Shown: positions 20,701 through 29,925, counted from the first letter of the stretch. The stretch is DNA of 33,504 nt from a virus (IMGVR_UViG_3300017909_003989:1-33504), one strand, 5' to 3'. A program made the numbers and translations. The notes: generated from the letters alone by a model not told the origin.

Positions 20701-23700
20701 AAATCAAATGCAGAGTACAATGTGGATAGATTGATATATGAAAGAGAATTATCTGATAGATCAAAAATTAACTCAGAATCTTTAAAGGCACTTATTGGGG
20801 GGTTAATAGGACTGATAGTTCCAGAAGAAATTCCAACAATTCCAACAGTACTTGGAGATAATTTTTTAGAATCGTAGAAATTATCTGAAAATTGGATTGT
20901 ATTATCATCTAACTTTACAACATAATAAATTTCATTATCCCCCAAACCACTTAGTGGTGATGAAGTTGTGTGAATTATCTTTTCCCCAGTATAGAATCCG
21001 TGATTTTGAATTGTAATTGTATTCCGAGCCGTATTGACACCAACGGCATCATAATCTCTTGGATTGATAACCAGTCTTCTATTGTAATCATTATATTTTA
21101 CAACCAAAGTTGTTGATGTTGATGGATTTACATTTACAAGAACTTCATGGTTGCTATGCAATCCATGAGTTTGAGATGTTGATACGATTACTTGATTTCT
21201 TGCAACAGTTCCAGTGAGTACATCATAATTTGTCGATAAACTATGATATGTTCCTGTTCCTATGCCAGTAAAATATAATGTTCTAGAATCTTTATATGTT
21301 TCTGCAATACCAACAAACGAACCAAGAGTGTTTAATCCAACCCTAACAGTAGAAAGACCAATTAGATCCTGATTTATTTTTGCCACGAAAAGTTTCTGTT
21401 GGTCCAATAGAGTTTTTTCTGTAGATATATCCAACTCCTCTACATAAGATATTCCAGAACCAGAATTTGTAGAATAAGTTAATTCATCACCAGTATTAAG
21501 ATTATGATTTTTTATATAAATTGATTTTGTTGGAATAAAAATCTCACTAATGCCAGTTCCTGGATTTGAGAATGATATCGTCGTTCCAATACCAACTCCG
21601 AAAGTATCCCCCAGTGCGACAGATTCTGATGGGTTGAAATATATCTCTTTATTGATAGAAAAGTCATAGTCCTTTTTTGATCTAGAATCAATATAAATTT
21701 TTCTTGAATCCTCCACCATCTCTGCACCAAAACTGTGAGAATCTCCAGTTATGCTTCTCAACACTCTAATTCTTGATAACCTTGGATCGATGTTCAATAC
21801 TTTAATTCTCTCAGAACCAATAGTAAGAATATCATTTTCTCTTATATTTGGATAACTCAGATCACCAGAGACATTGAAGTATGTGACTATTCCTGTTACT
21901 CCAACGGACGATATTCCTGAAGAATCTGTCCCCACTCCAATGATGGAAAGTTTGTTATTTAAAATTTTTGCTGAATACGAACCTTCTATTTTTGAGGATG
22001 ATGTGGAAAGACCAGAAATGTTGATAATATCTGAGTTTTTAAATTTATGAGGATTTTGAGAATAAATGACATATTCTCCCTTGACTCCAGATGGATATAT
22101 TTCAACACCACCAATAGTACTCTTAGATAAACCGACATTATTAACATCTCTACCCTCAATTAGAGAAACTTCCGCAGAAACTTTATTTCCAGAAACACTT
22201 TTATCCTCAAATGATAGAGAATCGCCGACCTGATAAAAATCTCCAGGATTGCTTATTACAATCGAATCTATATTACCATATGATGTTGATTCAATATCAA
22301 CGGTTTGTGATAGATTATTTGGAATATAAACATACTCATAATTTAAATCTTCTTCAATAAGATTATATGGATTTGTTACTCTGCACCAATTATTATCATT
22401 CAAATCTATCTCATCCTGATTTGAACCGCTTTGGAAGTTAAATGATATTGGATTATCTTTATAATTTTGTCCAATAAAATATGGGAAAGTCGGTCTTCTA
22501 TACTTTGCAAATGGACCAGAAGAATCTATAGAACTATCATTGATTGTTGCAAAGTAAGCATATGTGCCATTTGGGAAATCTGGAGTAACGCAGAATCTGC
22601 CATTGTTTTCGTCAAGAATGTCGTCATTTCCAAGATTGAAGTGCTTATAATCCTCAACAAAGAATCCTTCTGGAAATAATGATATTGGAGGTCTTGAAGA
22701 CTGTAAATCTAACTTATAACCAGACTTCATTTGGAGAACAACTCCACCAGACTTTGTTGCATAACCATATGGTCCATATATTGGATTTCCATCATATGCC
22801 CAACCAATAATTGGTGAGTGGTCTGTTGATTTTGCCTCCAAACTGTTTACACGTCTTAAATCCTTCTTTCCATATAATATTTTTCCGTCTTGATCAACCG
22901 AGAAAACGGATTCTCTCAACTTTCTTGGTGCATACAGGTGAGAATACTGTAGTCCCAAATTTTTATTCAATCCTTCCGAAATATATCCATCATCGTCGGT
23001 TATATTTGAGAAGTTCTTTTCAAATAAGTTAATTGTCCAAGTTTGTAGAATTGGTTTTAAGTCAATTCCTCTACCTGCTGATCTAACATCTATAGTGGTT
23101 TGATCATTGTACCCAGATCCCCCATAAACAACCTTTATCGATACAAGAGACCCATTTTTGATAATTGGAATTAATACTGCACCAACTCCACTACCATTGA
23201 TATCTAAATCTGGTGGTGAAGTGTAATTTTCACCAGAATTTAATATTATTACCTCTATAATTTCTCCATCCCTTACAATTGCCTTTACCTGAGCATTTCT
23301 ACCAGAACTTAATTCTACCTGTGGCAATCTTTCAAAATTTATAACCTCAGAAGATCCATATCCAACACCACCACTAGACAAATGTAAAGATGTTACTTCC
23401 CCACGGAAAATTGGCTCAATTTTTGCCTCAAAAGTTTCTGATTCTACAGAAGATATTCCAACTTTTCCAACTACTTTGACCGAAATGTCTGGGTAGTTGA
23501 AACTATGAGTTCCTGCACCAGAATTTGTAATGTTTACGTATTGATTTGTTCTGTAGAAGAAATCATCGTCTCCAGATTTTATCTCAGACAGTTTAAATAC
23601 ATCGTTATTTACTTTTGTCAAGTAATATTCAGAATTTGATGAAAGTCCTCCGATAGGAGACCCATTATTGACGTATTTTATAATTTCTCCCGAATTATAA

Positions 23701-26570
23701 TCATGATTTTTTATTTCAATCTCGTTCAATGAAGTATTGATTCCAACCGAAGAAACTGTTCTTTTTTTATTTTGATAGTTTGATCCAGAAGAAATAACAT
23801 TAACAGATTCTACTATATATTTTCTGTTAAATGAATTTAAATGATGAACTCCAACACCAATTGAAGTTAAAGTGACAGTGTTTATTCCAACAACAGCATC
23901 CCCAGCGGTTTTGTGCAATGTTACTGTTAATGGATTTTTTGTTGAAACAAAATAAGAAGAATTTGTGGATATTCCTCCGACAGCTTGTTGATTATTTGTT
24001 CTGTAAATTACTTGCTCAGAATTTCTAAATTTATGATAGGTACTAAATCCAATTGTAGATAGTTCTGTCCCAACACCAATCTGCGACTGAGCATTAAACG
24101 GTGATGAATGATCAATGAATCTCATTGATACAGATGCCTTAGCATCCTGACCATTTCCACCGGTAATGCTGACAGTTGGAATATCCTCATAATCAAATCC
24201 AGAGTCTAAAACCCTAATTTCTTGTAGAGATCCTGATACTGAAACAAAACCTGTAGCTCCAACTCCAACTGGGTCTTTAATTTCAACTGTTGGTGGATTT
24301 ATAATATCGTAATTGGATCCTCCAGACAGAATATCGACCATATCTATCTGCCCATAATGGATGAAGTCATTAGATTTATAATTTAAAATTTCAACGCCAT
24401 TAATTAAAATTCCAGTAAATCCAGGATTGGTAATATAATCATTTCCATCATTTGTTGATTTTGAAATTTTTCTAAGAAGTTTTTGAGATTCTAATGTCTT
24501 TAACTTCAGATTAAATGGTTTGATAGTATTATTTGATACTGAAACTGTGGAGTTAAATTTTATAAACTTTGATTGATATATATTTGTTCTACTTCTCGAA
24601 AGTTTTATTGTAGATGACGATACTCTCTCAATAAAATATATTCCTTCTCCACCATCAGTTTCTGAAAAAAGTGATGATGCAATGGAGGTTTCTGTTACCG
24701 ATTGTCCATCATCATCAATGGTTGTTGTTGATATTTTTTCTGGACTATAATATACAGCATCTCCAGTATAAAATCCATGATCTACAAATGGAGAAATTTC
24801 TAACTCTTCACCAATGAAAGAACCAGAAAATGTTACTGATCTGTCTGTGGTTTCTATTGGTTGGGAACTATAATGTGGAATTGATGGAGAAGAAATTAAA
24901 TACTCTCCCTTGTTTGACTTGCTCTCGTATACATTTTGAACATTTGTTGTATAGAAAGAAGCTTCTGGAAAGGAATTAGATACTAATCTAAGCAAGTTTC
25001 TCTTAAACTTATATTTGCCATCTAGTGGTAAATTTCCCTGACCCTTAATTACTATTGATTCTGAAGATGGTATATCAACCACTGTAGATGATCTCTCCAC
25101 ACCATCATTTGATATGATTGTTCCAATATCACCAAGTTTAAAATGATGGTCTACATTTAAATTGATTTTATATGTATTGTCGGAACTATCGATTAAAACG
25201 ATATTTCCTACTTTATAGATTGGAGATATATTATAGAACCAATTTTTTGTTATTTGATTATCCGCAGATATACCAAGAGTTTTTATTTTTGCAGTATCAC
25301 CCTTTTCATAATATTGAGAATCATCTGCATAATTTACCTCCCCCAAAACAGAATTGATTCTGAATTTTATTTCCTGAGCATTATCTATAACATATGCAAA
25401 TGTGTTAACACCAACTACTGATTTATCAAGAATAGTTTTGGAAATATTTGTGCAATCAAAAAATTGATTTAGTGATTTTGAAGTATAAGATACGATTCCG
25501 ACAGTATTATCTTCGTAAGTTACATATAACTCTCCTGGGCACTCAAATCCAACTGTAGAGTCAACAGTGATTGACTTTGCCCCAGAAGATACTCTATCAA
25601 TGACTTGAGTTTTTGGCTGGACAGAAAATTCTCCATAAATTGCACCTCTTACGCCAATATCCCTATTATAACCAGCATCCAGTTTTACTTTATAAAATGT
25701 CTCTCCAATACCAACCCGCACTTCTTCAATATCTGCAATTGGCGCATATGCACTGGATACCTTGCTTCCATATGAACCTTGATATAAAGTTTTATTTTTG
25801 AGGTCCGACAGATTCCCTTCAATCAGTTCTACAACAAGATGATCCGTAATTTTGTAATTTGCATTTGATGGCGTTGACAAGGATTCTGATGGTCTGATTA
25901 TTCTCACATCTTCATTATATAATGCCTTAAATAAGACCTCAAAACCTCTATCTGTACCTTTGCTTAGATAAAAATCTTTTGCATTTTTAATGAAGATGCT
26001 TTCATTCAATTGCTCAGCAAATTCTCTATTTTCTAATCCAGGAATGAGTTGAATTTTAGTCTTAAACAAAAATTCCTTAAGAAAAAGACAACTCAAATTT
26101 AATATTTCTGACCCAGCTGCATGATTAGAAGATTCTGTAGAATCAAACACCAATTCTTCGGGACTAATGTCGCTTCTATATGAAGAAACTCCACTAAAAC
26201 CGCGAATACACCCAGTAAACGTAAAATCAGTTTTTCCAGTATATGTAATTATTTCATTCCCAATTTTAATGAGTCCATAAGAATCTGGAAAGTCATTTGT
26301 CCCAATATAAGACTCAGTAGCGTCAACAGTGATAGTAGTATCATCAAAATCGATGTCAGAAGCTAATTTTGCAGAATATGAAAGATTTGTGGTTCTATCT
26401 AACTTTGTATATTGATCAATATTTTGAATCAGGTCAATTGGAGCTCCCTGATATTCCTGAGCGATATAATATTGTCTTAAAAATTCCGATATTAATGGAT
26501 ATTGCTCTCTAACATAAGTCGGCAATTGATTTTGAACAATATTATTAAATTTGATTCTTTTTTCTGACAT
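14721..26570 (-). CDS. gp7: Giant baseplate wedge initiator (gp7-like multidomain protein)
   Basis: 3949 aa between gp6 and gp8; QLPTYVREQYP..EFLRQYY, FYLSKGT..GFEVLFKALY, IQDSDYYQKFSYSLRS..W...V..LNHSVGF motifs; many internal beta repeats and a YHYH-like segment. Confidence 0.85.
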   Translation of the reverse strand: MSEKRIKFNNIVQNQLPTYVREQYPLISEFLRQYYIAQEYQGAPIDLIQNIDQYTKLDRTTNLSYSAKLASDIDFDDTTITVDATESYIGTNDFPDSYGLIKIGNEIITYTGKTDFTFTGCIRGFSGVSSYRSDISPEELVFDSTESSNHAAGSEILNLSCLFLKEFLFKTKIQLIPGLENREFAEQLNESIFIKNAKDFYLSKGTDRGFEVLFKALYNEDVRIIRPSESLSTPSNANYKITDHLVVELIEGNLSDLKNKTLYQGSYGSKVSSAYAPIADIEEVRVGIGETFYKVKLDAGYNRDIGVRGAIYGEFSVQPKTQVIDRVSSGAKSITVDSTVGFECPGELYVTYEDNTVGIVSYTSKSLNQFFDCTNISKTILDKSVVGVNTFAYVIDNAQEIKFRINSVLGEVNYADDSQYYEKGDTAKIKTLGISADNQITKNWFYNISPIYKVGNIVLIDSSDNTYKINLNVDHHFKLGDIGTIISNDGVERSSTVVDIPSSESIVIKGQGNLPLDGKYKFKRNLLRLVSNSFPEASFYTTNVQNVYESKSNKGEYLISSPSIPHYSSQPIETTDRSVTFSGSFIGEELEISPFVDHGFYTGDAVYYSPEKISTTTIDDDGQSVTETSIASSLFSETDGGEGIYFIERVSSSTIKLSRSRTNIYQSKFIKFNSTVSVSNNTIKPFNLKLKTLESQKLLRKISKSTNDGNDYITNPGFTGILINGVEILNYKSNDFIHYGQIDMVDILSGGSNYDIINPPTVEIKDPVGVGATGFVSVSGSLQEIRVLDSGFDYEDIPTVSITGGNGQDAKASVSMRFIDHSSPFNAQSQIGVGTELSTIGFSTYHKFRNSEQVIYRTNNQQAVGGISTNSSYFVSTKNPLTVTLHKTAGDAVVGINTVTLTSIGVGVHHLNSFNRKYIVESVNVISSGSNYQNKKRTVSSVGINTSLNEIEIKNHDYNSGEIIKYVNNGSPIGGLSSNSEYYLTKVNNDVFKLSEIKSGDDDFFYRTNQYVNITNSGAGTHSFNYPDISVKVVGKVGISSVESETFEAKIEPIFRGEVTSLHLSSGGVGYGSSEVINFERLPQVELSSGRNAQVKAIVRDGEIIEVIILNSGENYTSPPDLDINGSGVGAVLIPIIKNGSLVSIKVVYGGSGYNDQTTIDVRSAGRGIDLKPILQTWTINLFEKNFSNITDDDGYISEGLNKNLGLQYSHLYAPRKLRESVFSVDQDGKILYGKKDLRRVNSLEAKSTDHSPIIGWAYDGNPIYGPYGYATKSGGVVLQMKSGYKLDLQSSRPPISLFPEGFFVEDYKHFNLGNDDILDENNGRFCVTPDFPNGTYAYFATINDSSIDSSGPFAKYRRPTFPYFIGQNYKDNPISFNFQSGSNQDEIDLNDNNWCRVTNPYNLIEEDLNYEYVYIPNNLSQTVDIESTSYGNIDSIVISNPGDFYQVGDSLSFEDKSVSGNKVSAEVSLIEGRDVNNVGLSKSTIGGVEIYPSGVKGEYVIYSQNPHKFKNSDIINISGLSTSSSKIEGSYSAKILNNKLSIIGVGTDSSGISSVGVTGIVTYFNVSGDLSYPNIRENDILTIGSERIKVLNIDPRLSRIRVLRSITGDSHSFGAEMVEDSRKIYIDSRSKKDYDFSINKEIYFNPSESVALGDTFGVGIGTTISFSNPGTGISEIFIPTKSIYIKNHNLNTGDELTYSTNSGSGISYVEELDISTEKTLLDQQKLFVAKINQDLIGLSTVRVGLNTLGSFVGIAETYKDSRTLYFTGIGTGTYHSLSTNYDVLTGTVARNQVIVSTSQTHGLHSNHEVLVNVNPSTSTTLVVKYNDYNRRLVINPRDYDAVGVNTARNTITIQNHGFYTGEKIIHTTSSPLSGLGDNEIYYVVKLDDNTIQFSDNFYDSKKLSPSTVGIVGISSGTISPINPPISAFKDSELIFDLSDNSLSYINLSTLYSAFDFNFYSDKNFTDIWNKSDENSKFNVQKFGSIGVSTDARVSISIDNTIPKTLYYRLDPVFESDLPQEKGSSIVDLDVISGSEIEVKESKYNGRYTISTVSPTAFTYNLEESPEAVSYASSISKISYKTNCTHAYGPISKVDIKNSGGNYFSLPGISTINSTYGINAVIEASSSTIGKIKKTKINDIGYNFPSDNTLRPSIMMPQIVKIDPLYSIDSIGITSVGRGYTTSPDLIVVDGRTKNVVQDLDLQYSLGDSHVKILKNTNGISNLIPEIIPIRNSNGVGISSISFNNTSKDVTVTLSSGFSDIESFPFKENDEVLIENISIGVGDTGRGYNSDAYDYKLFTITSIDENIGGIGSVTYNLSEFFENSSDTPGTFDPINSVGRIIPKKYFPIFETTLKNNEYLSGESVKSNSSFGTVEGWNPKTGILRISSKDNFIVDEVIEGVTSKTQGVAISVKSPDSYFNLSSSSNVIDGLQTTSGFLNENTQRIQDSDYYQKFSYSLRSRVPYEKWNDPVSILNHSVGFKKFSDYQLESSPDNRTSLVVGLSTDLTSFEVINNLTGTADLNCVYDFDLVKENSLQVNSNTVSTEVIFSNRILTDFSESVGNRVLSVDDVSQTFNSSPRPTTFSVIDVFDIFEKRAIKYITYVKDRRYNQQRQLMILDLIHDGSFGYINQYGRVETAYDQGSFDFTISGSDGQVQFFPTKFSINDYDITSVSYNLDDNLLSAGSTVIGNSLIHTESTAISYGYSSTIVGISSSYSSAKVLVQITADSFGGNEFEFTQLNIIHNGTDVSATEYGQLTTSSGPSAVTGFGTYFAYISGSNLNVDFIPNSSVGIGSTGVINTITVGLAKSTFSGPESIDMKHARIESRTTSIASTTTPMETVISEYPCDGTYDVGYFMVQVRDSDNDEYQLSEFIVVDDYQPEVPTYETYDLEFGNVETLSGLGTIGSRIIKSPVGAAATTQVLFTPIPGVNVDVNVYMNALRNEDDQKDEIDFNNGSLETGYGLYEGNEKDIKRSFNLTYKNDPIFEKLFDGSDSSIVSIDADTIIIPNHFFVSGEAIKYYHAGAGSTQAIGISTSNFSGIGQTTKLPADLFAVNVSGNAIKLASSAENALKTIPETLDIISVGIGTSHRFVATNQNSKVLVSIDNIIQSPVVSVALTTTLSDSVSTTDDLINLSGITSFFGGDLIKVGNEIMLIESVGIGITNRMRVRRSWLGTSVGFYPSGELVTKVKGNFNIVDNTLTFIEAPSGNVPLGTSTNPPDERDWTGISTGSSFNARVFLRSGIPNTTNETYHKNYVFDDISQDFDGTNNKFVLKSDGLDVSGISNENAIILVNDVFQGPGQSSDYILSEDVGITTLTFTGNPQEIANDVGISSFPKGGIIVSVGSTEGFGYQPLVSAGGTAIVSIGGTIESISIGNSGSGYRPGIQTVNVGVRTSNSDFSEIIGTANIVGGHIVGVAITNPGIAYTSTNPPIVSFDSPLSYENIPLIFSSSSSSLGIGTHATVDIVVGYGSSVIDFEIKNTGYGYNVGEILTVPFGGSTGIPTTSAFKEFNITIDKIFTDKFSGWSLGTLEVLDNIEKFIDGERTSFPLSLAGNTVSIIASKGSKINVQDVLLVFVNEILQVPGEGYIFDGGSVLTFTEALKVGDSVKIIFYKGTGGTDVIDREILETVKPGDELTIQNDSSVGQSKFLNEEFRTVESVDSTNLVKTNTYFGPGNTTDENLLRPVVWCRQTEDKIINEQQIGKDREIYEPIINPIAYTINNIGTGSTIVYADRLRPLFDAKNENDTTLEFQNRVTLISGVDIEPVKIETNSVSSYEGDSGIIVGFGKTSVGVGTTQLIFDLHIPFDSQLRDPKFVGIAITLSSINIGDYFIVNNTNVGAESSNISSFDTSGNVISIGTSFADNIYVVQSEELVVRPTGVDANGVGIGTSLCKRVFVGVSDFDYNLIGISTSNNFGNFSWGKIVLSERSGLSTYTQYTNIQRTKQLKYKNYII

Positions 26571-26587
26571 ATTCTTAAATTATTATC

Positions 26588-28633
26588 TTAATATGCGGAA
26601 CCTGAGGAACCAGATCCTGAGGATGTAATTGTGTTTGAAATTGTTTGATTTATTGTTGCTGCAGTACTACCTGTAGTACTACCCGTATTCCGTTGATTTA
26701 AACGTCCACCAGATCGAACCAGATTTCCATCTGGATAACTGGAAGATACAACATAATTTGAAGCAGATGGATCCAATCCTGATGAAATTTCATCCACGAT
26801 AGTTTCAAAATTACTATTATTAATATCTAGTTGCAAATAAAGATCTTGTAATCCAATAACATCATTTGATTTTGGAGAGATTGATATCTCAATTATAGTT
26901 TGACCATCTTTTATCTTTCCAGACAGTATATTGATTGGATTGATGGTAATAATTCCCCTTACATAATCAACTCTACCAACATTTCTTCTTATAATTGCTG
27001 GACTTCGAGAGTTTTCTGATGGTAATGTGAATAAAAATAGAGATCCAGATTTTCTATCCCTATTTGGCAAGTCTGATAGATAAACATCTTGTTGAATTCC
27101 ACTAACTTGAAATGCGGAAGTTTTGATATTATATCCTTCTGCAAATTTAACGTAAAATTCATTACCAAATCCAATAGAATACTCTGCAAAAGTGTTTAAA
27201 GAAACTCTGAGGTCTCTTCTCATGCTAATTGATGTAATATTTGATGTAATTGATTCATGACTATCATCAATTATCTTCAAAAACTTACTATATTTCAATC
27301 TGGCACCATATCTGTTCAATTCTGTTGATTCTGCATATTTATTTGCACTATTTTGTACGATACTGGATACAAAAGAAGATGTTGGAGCTAAATTTGAGTT
27401 GTAATACACTTTTGAATCGACTTCAATATAGAGATATTTCAAATCTAGAATTTCTGGAACTATTCCAGCAACTGCATACTTTTTAAGACGCATTTTTATG
27501 TCTTCTTTTGCCAAATTTGATAAAAAATCACCACTTCTGGGTTTAATACTGATAAACACCTTCCCATATTGCGGAGGGATAATCTCTTCTCCACCAAAAA
27601 CTGAGATTGATTCGGTTTCTGGGTAGATTTTTGATGGAATCAGAACTTCATAGTCATTTGAAGTTACAGCTCTGTTTTGTGTAGCATATATTTGTGGTGC
27701 AAATTTCCGAATCGACTCAATAGACTCAATAGTTTGTCCACCAAGAGAGGGGGAAATCGTAGTAATCAAAGAAATTCCCGATGTTACAGTATATTCAGTT
27801 CCGTTTCTGGTATAAGATAACCTTCCAGAGAAAGAAAATTGATTTACACCATTGGCAGAATCGCCATTTGAAGAAATATAGTTAATTGTGATGAAATTTC
27901 CCTCTTCAAGTGCATTTCCAAATACTCCATCACCAAAGAAAATTTCATACCGTTCACCTTCAATCTCTTGCAAGTAAAAAACTTTTGAATCTGACCTAAT
28001 TTCGAGTAGGTTATCTTGCAAACTATACTTAACTTGAGATGTTGCTTGCTCATTACTCCTTACCGATACGTTAATCAAGTCTGTATCGATGCCTGCATTG
28101 GGTAAAATGAACCTTTGATTGGGGTCTCTAGATGTAAATGTGAAATTTGAGGTTAAAAGATTGCCTTCATAAACTGAAATGTTTTCAAAAAAAGCAATTC
28201 CATTGAAAACAGGTACAGTTATATCCTCTATAATTGAAAATATAAACGATTGACTAGCAAATTTTGATGCAGATGTGATGATTGGACCTTTTTTAAGAGT
28301 AATTGATGCTGGGGGTGGTGTGATATTGGTTGTATCAACAAAAAAACTTACAGTTGCTCTAGCTGCTTTTCTTGATCTTGGTAAATATCCAATATTTTTT
28401 GCCAATGAAACTACATTTTCTCTTAAAGTTGCACTATCAATGAAGACTTCATTGGCAACCATGTTAGCATTATATGAAGTAATGTACGTATTATATGCTA
28501 ATACATCAAGAATTGACGAAAGATTCGATCCCTCAAAGTCATAATCGGTAAAGTTTGAGTTAGATTGTAGATAATCTCTTAAAGATGTTTTAACCTGTTC
28601 AAAATCCAGGTTTGAAAAGTTGACTAATGGCAT
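26588..28633 (-). CDS. gp6: Baseplate wedge subunit
   Basis: LDFEQVK, FTDYDFEGS, LDVLAYNTY, EVFIDSATLRENVVSLAK, FGDGVFG, QNRAVTSNDY, YGKVFISIKP motifs. Confidence 0.94.
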   Translation of the reverse strand: MPLVNFSNLDFEQVKTSLRDYLQSNSNFTDYDFEGSNLSSILDVLAYNTYITSYNANMVANEVFIDSATLRENVVSLAKNIGYLPRSRKAARATVSFFVDTTNITPPPASITLKKGPIITSASKFASQSFIFSIIEDITVPVFNGIAFFENISVYEGNLLTSNFTFTSRDPNQRFILPNAGIDTDLINVSVRSNEQATSQVKYSLQDNLLEIRSDSKVFYLQEIEGERYEIFFGDGVFGNALEEGNFITINYISSNGDSANGVNQFSFSGRLSYTRNGTEYTVTSGISLITTISPSLGGQTIESIESIRKFAPQIYATQNRAVTSNDYEVLIPSKIYPETESISVFGGEEIIPPQYGKVFISIKPRSGDFLSNLAKEDIKMRLKKYAVAGIVPEILDLKYLYIEVDSKVYYNSNLAPTSSFVSSIVQNSANKYAESTELNRYGARLKYSKFLKIIDDSHESITSNITSISMRRDLRVSLNTFAEYSIGFGNEFYVKFAEGYNIKTSAFQVSGIQQDVYLSDLPNRDRKSGSLFLFTLPSENSRSPAIIRRNVGRVDYVRGIITINPINILSGKIKDGQTIIEISISPKSNDVIGLQDLYLQLDINNSNFETIVDEISSGLDPSASNYVVSSSYPDGNLVRSGGRLNQRNTGSTTGSTAATINQTISNTITSSGSGSSGSAY

Positions 28634-28635
28634 TT

Positions 28636-29037
28636 TTACCGAGTTGATTGCAATACAAACTGTAATTCTTGTGCAGGAACATCTACTCCCACAATTTCAT
28701 AAATTATTGATACATTAAATGCGTGATTATCAAAGTCTGGATCAGCAGTTACTTGAATTAAATTTACTCTTGGTTCAAAATTTACAATTGATTGACGAAT
28801 TTGATCCTGTATTTTAATTGCAGAAATATCATCAATGTTTTCAAAGAGAGATTGAGAGATATTTGACCCAAAATTTGGATTAAAAAACTTCTCTCCAGGT
28901 GTCGTAAAGACAATGTTTTTAATCGACCTGGCAATTGCTGTCTCATTTTTCAGGGCAAGTAGATCTTGATTCAGAGGATTTCTCTGAAACGTCATGCTAA
29001 TGTCTTTAAATCCTTGACTTACCCTTTCTAAAGGCAT
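28636..29037 (-). CDS. gp25: Baseplate wedge subunit (sheath initiator)
   Basis: AIARSIKNIVFTTPGEKFFNPNFGS and FEPRV motifs of the gp25/GPW family; precedes gp6. Confidence 0.93.
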   Translation of the reverse strand: MPLERVSQGFKDISMTFQRNPLNQDLLALKNETAIARSIKNIVFTTPGEKFFNPNFGSNISQSLFENIDDISAIKIQDQIRQSIVNFEPRVNLIQVTADPDFDNHAFNVSIIYEIVGVDVPAQELQFVLQSTR

Positions 29038-29043
29038 GAAATA

Positions 29044-29181
29044 TTATGATTCTGTTTTATTTATCGTTGTTTTTTTAAGTTTTTGAGATTTTTTCAGATA
29101 CTTGTCGCTTGAAAGTTCTGTAATTAATGTCATTCCAGATTTAATAAAATCTTTACTCTTGTCTACTGGAGAGTTTGCCAT
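29044..29181 (-). CDS. Small hypothetical protein (45 aa)
   Basis: Hand translation MANSPVDKSKDFIKSGMTLITELSSDKYLKKSQKLKKTTINKTES; purine-rich AGAGGA upstream; fills the gap before gp25. Confidence 0.6.
   Translation of the reverse strand: MANSPVDKSKDFIKSGMTLITELSSDKYLKKSQKLKKTTINKTES
29058..29065 (-). promoter_or_regulatory. T4-type late promoter for the gp25-gp6-gp7 operon
   Basis: GATAAATA 20 nt upstream of the gp25 ATG. Confidence 0.7.
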
Positions 29182-29239
29182 GAGATTTTCCTCTGATTTG
29201 AATAAACCAGAACTTTTTTAGGGGTTCTATCCCTCAAAA

Positions 29240-29896
29240 CTATTTATTTTCTCTTTCTTTGGATGTTTTCCAGAAATATTCTTCTTCATCACCAATTCCA
29301 AGACGATCATATCCATGTTCAACTTGATAATATTGTGTAGAAACTTTAAAGTCTGGTGTCTTTGGTTTTTCTGGAGTTAAACTATTGTCATAAATTCTTA
29401 ACCTATTGTTGGGATATAGGCAAAACTGGCCGTTATTCAACTGAATCAGATTATGAGACTTGTGTTCTGCGGGATTTTCACTCGTCGCATAGTCCACATA
29501 GTCTGGATCATGATGATAATTGTCAATGGTACACACGTAGGATCCTCTCTGAGGTCCATGATCTCTTGTATAGCACTCAAAGTCCATCGAGCCTATAAAC
29601 TTCTTGTCTATGGTCATTACACCATAGTCCATACAATTCCAAAATTGTAAGTTTGGAAGATTCATATCGGGATTCGGTGTCTTCGGTTCACTTACAAATG
29701 CACTAATTGGCAACTTATCATACATTGCCGCATACTCTGGCAAATATGTTTCAAAATAAAAAGCGCGTCCAGGTATCGATTTAACAGATACCCAAACGCC
29801 CTTTACAAATTGTCCGTGTCCACTCTGATGGTCCGTAAGATATTCTTTTCGGACCCATACTTCAATATAAGGTAAGTTAGAGATTAAACAAGACAT
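29240..29896 (-). CDS. Hypothetical protein (218 aa)
   Basis: Long ORF with globular composition (VRKEYL, LQFWNC, EHKSHN, YPNNR); resembles a marine-phage family from memory, function not recognised. Confidence 0.85.
   Translation of the reverse strand: MSCLISNLPYIEVWVRKEYLTDHQSGHGQFVKGVWVSVKSIPGRAFYFETYLPEYAAMYDKLPISAFVSEPKTPNPDMNLPNLQFWNCMDYGVMTIDKKFIGSMDFECYTRDHGPQRGSYVCTIDNYHHDPDYVDYATSENPAEHKSHNLIQLNNGQFCLYPNNRLRIYDNSLTPEKPKTPDFKVSTQYYQVEHGYDRLGIGDEEEYFWKTSKERENK
29241..29248 (-). promoter_or_regulatory. Possible late promoter
   Basis: AATAAATA overlapping the stop of the 218-aa ORF, upstream of the 45-aa ORF. Confidence 0.5.
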
Positions 29897-29925
29897 ATAT
29901 TAAATTTTATTGACTTATATTCTAT

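Noticed and set aside
5610-26570. Inteins, introns or frameshifts explaining the giant ORFs
   Set aside because: Frames are uninterrupted; I saw no intein splice motifs (N-terminal Cys block, HN-C/S/T) or homing endonuclease signatures; size is explained by structural repeats
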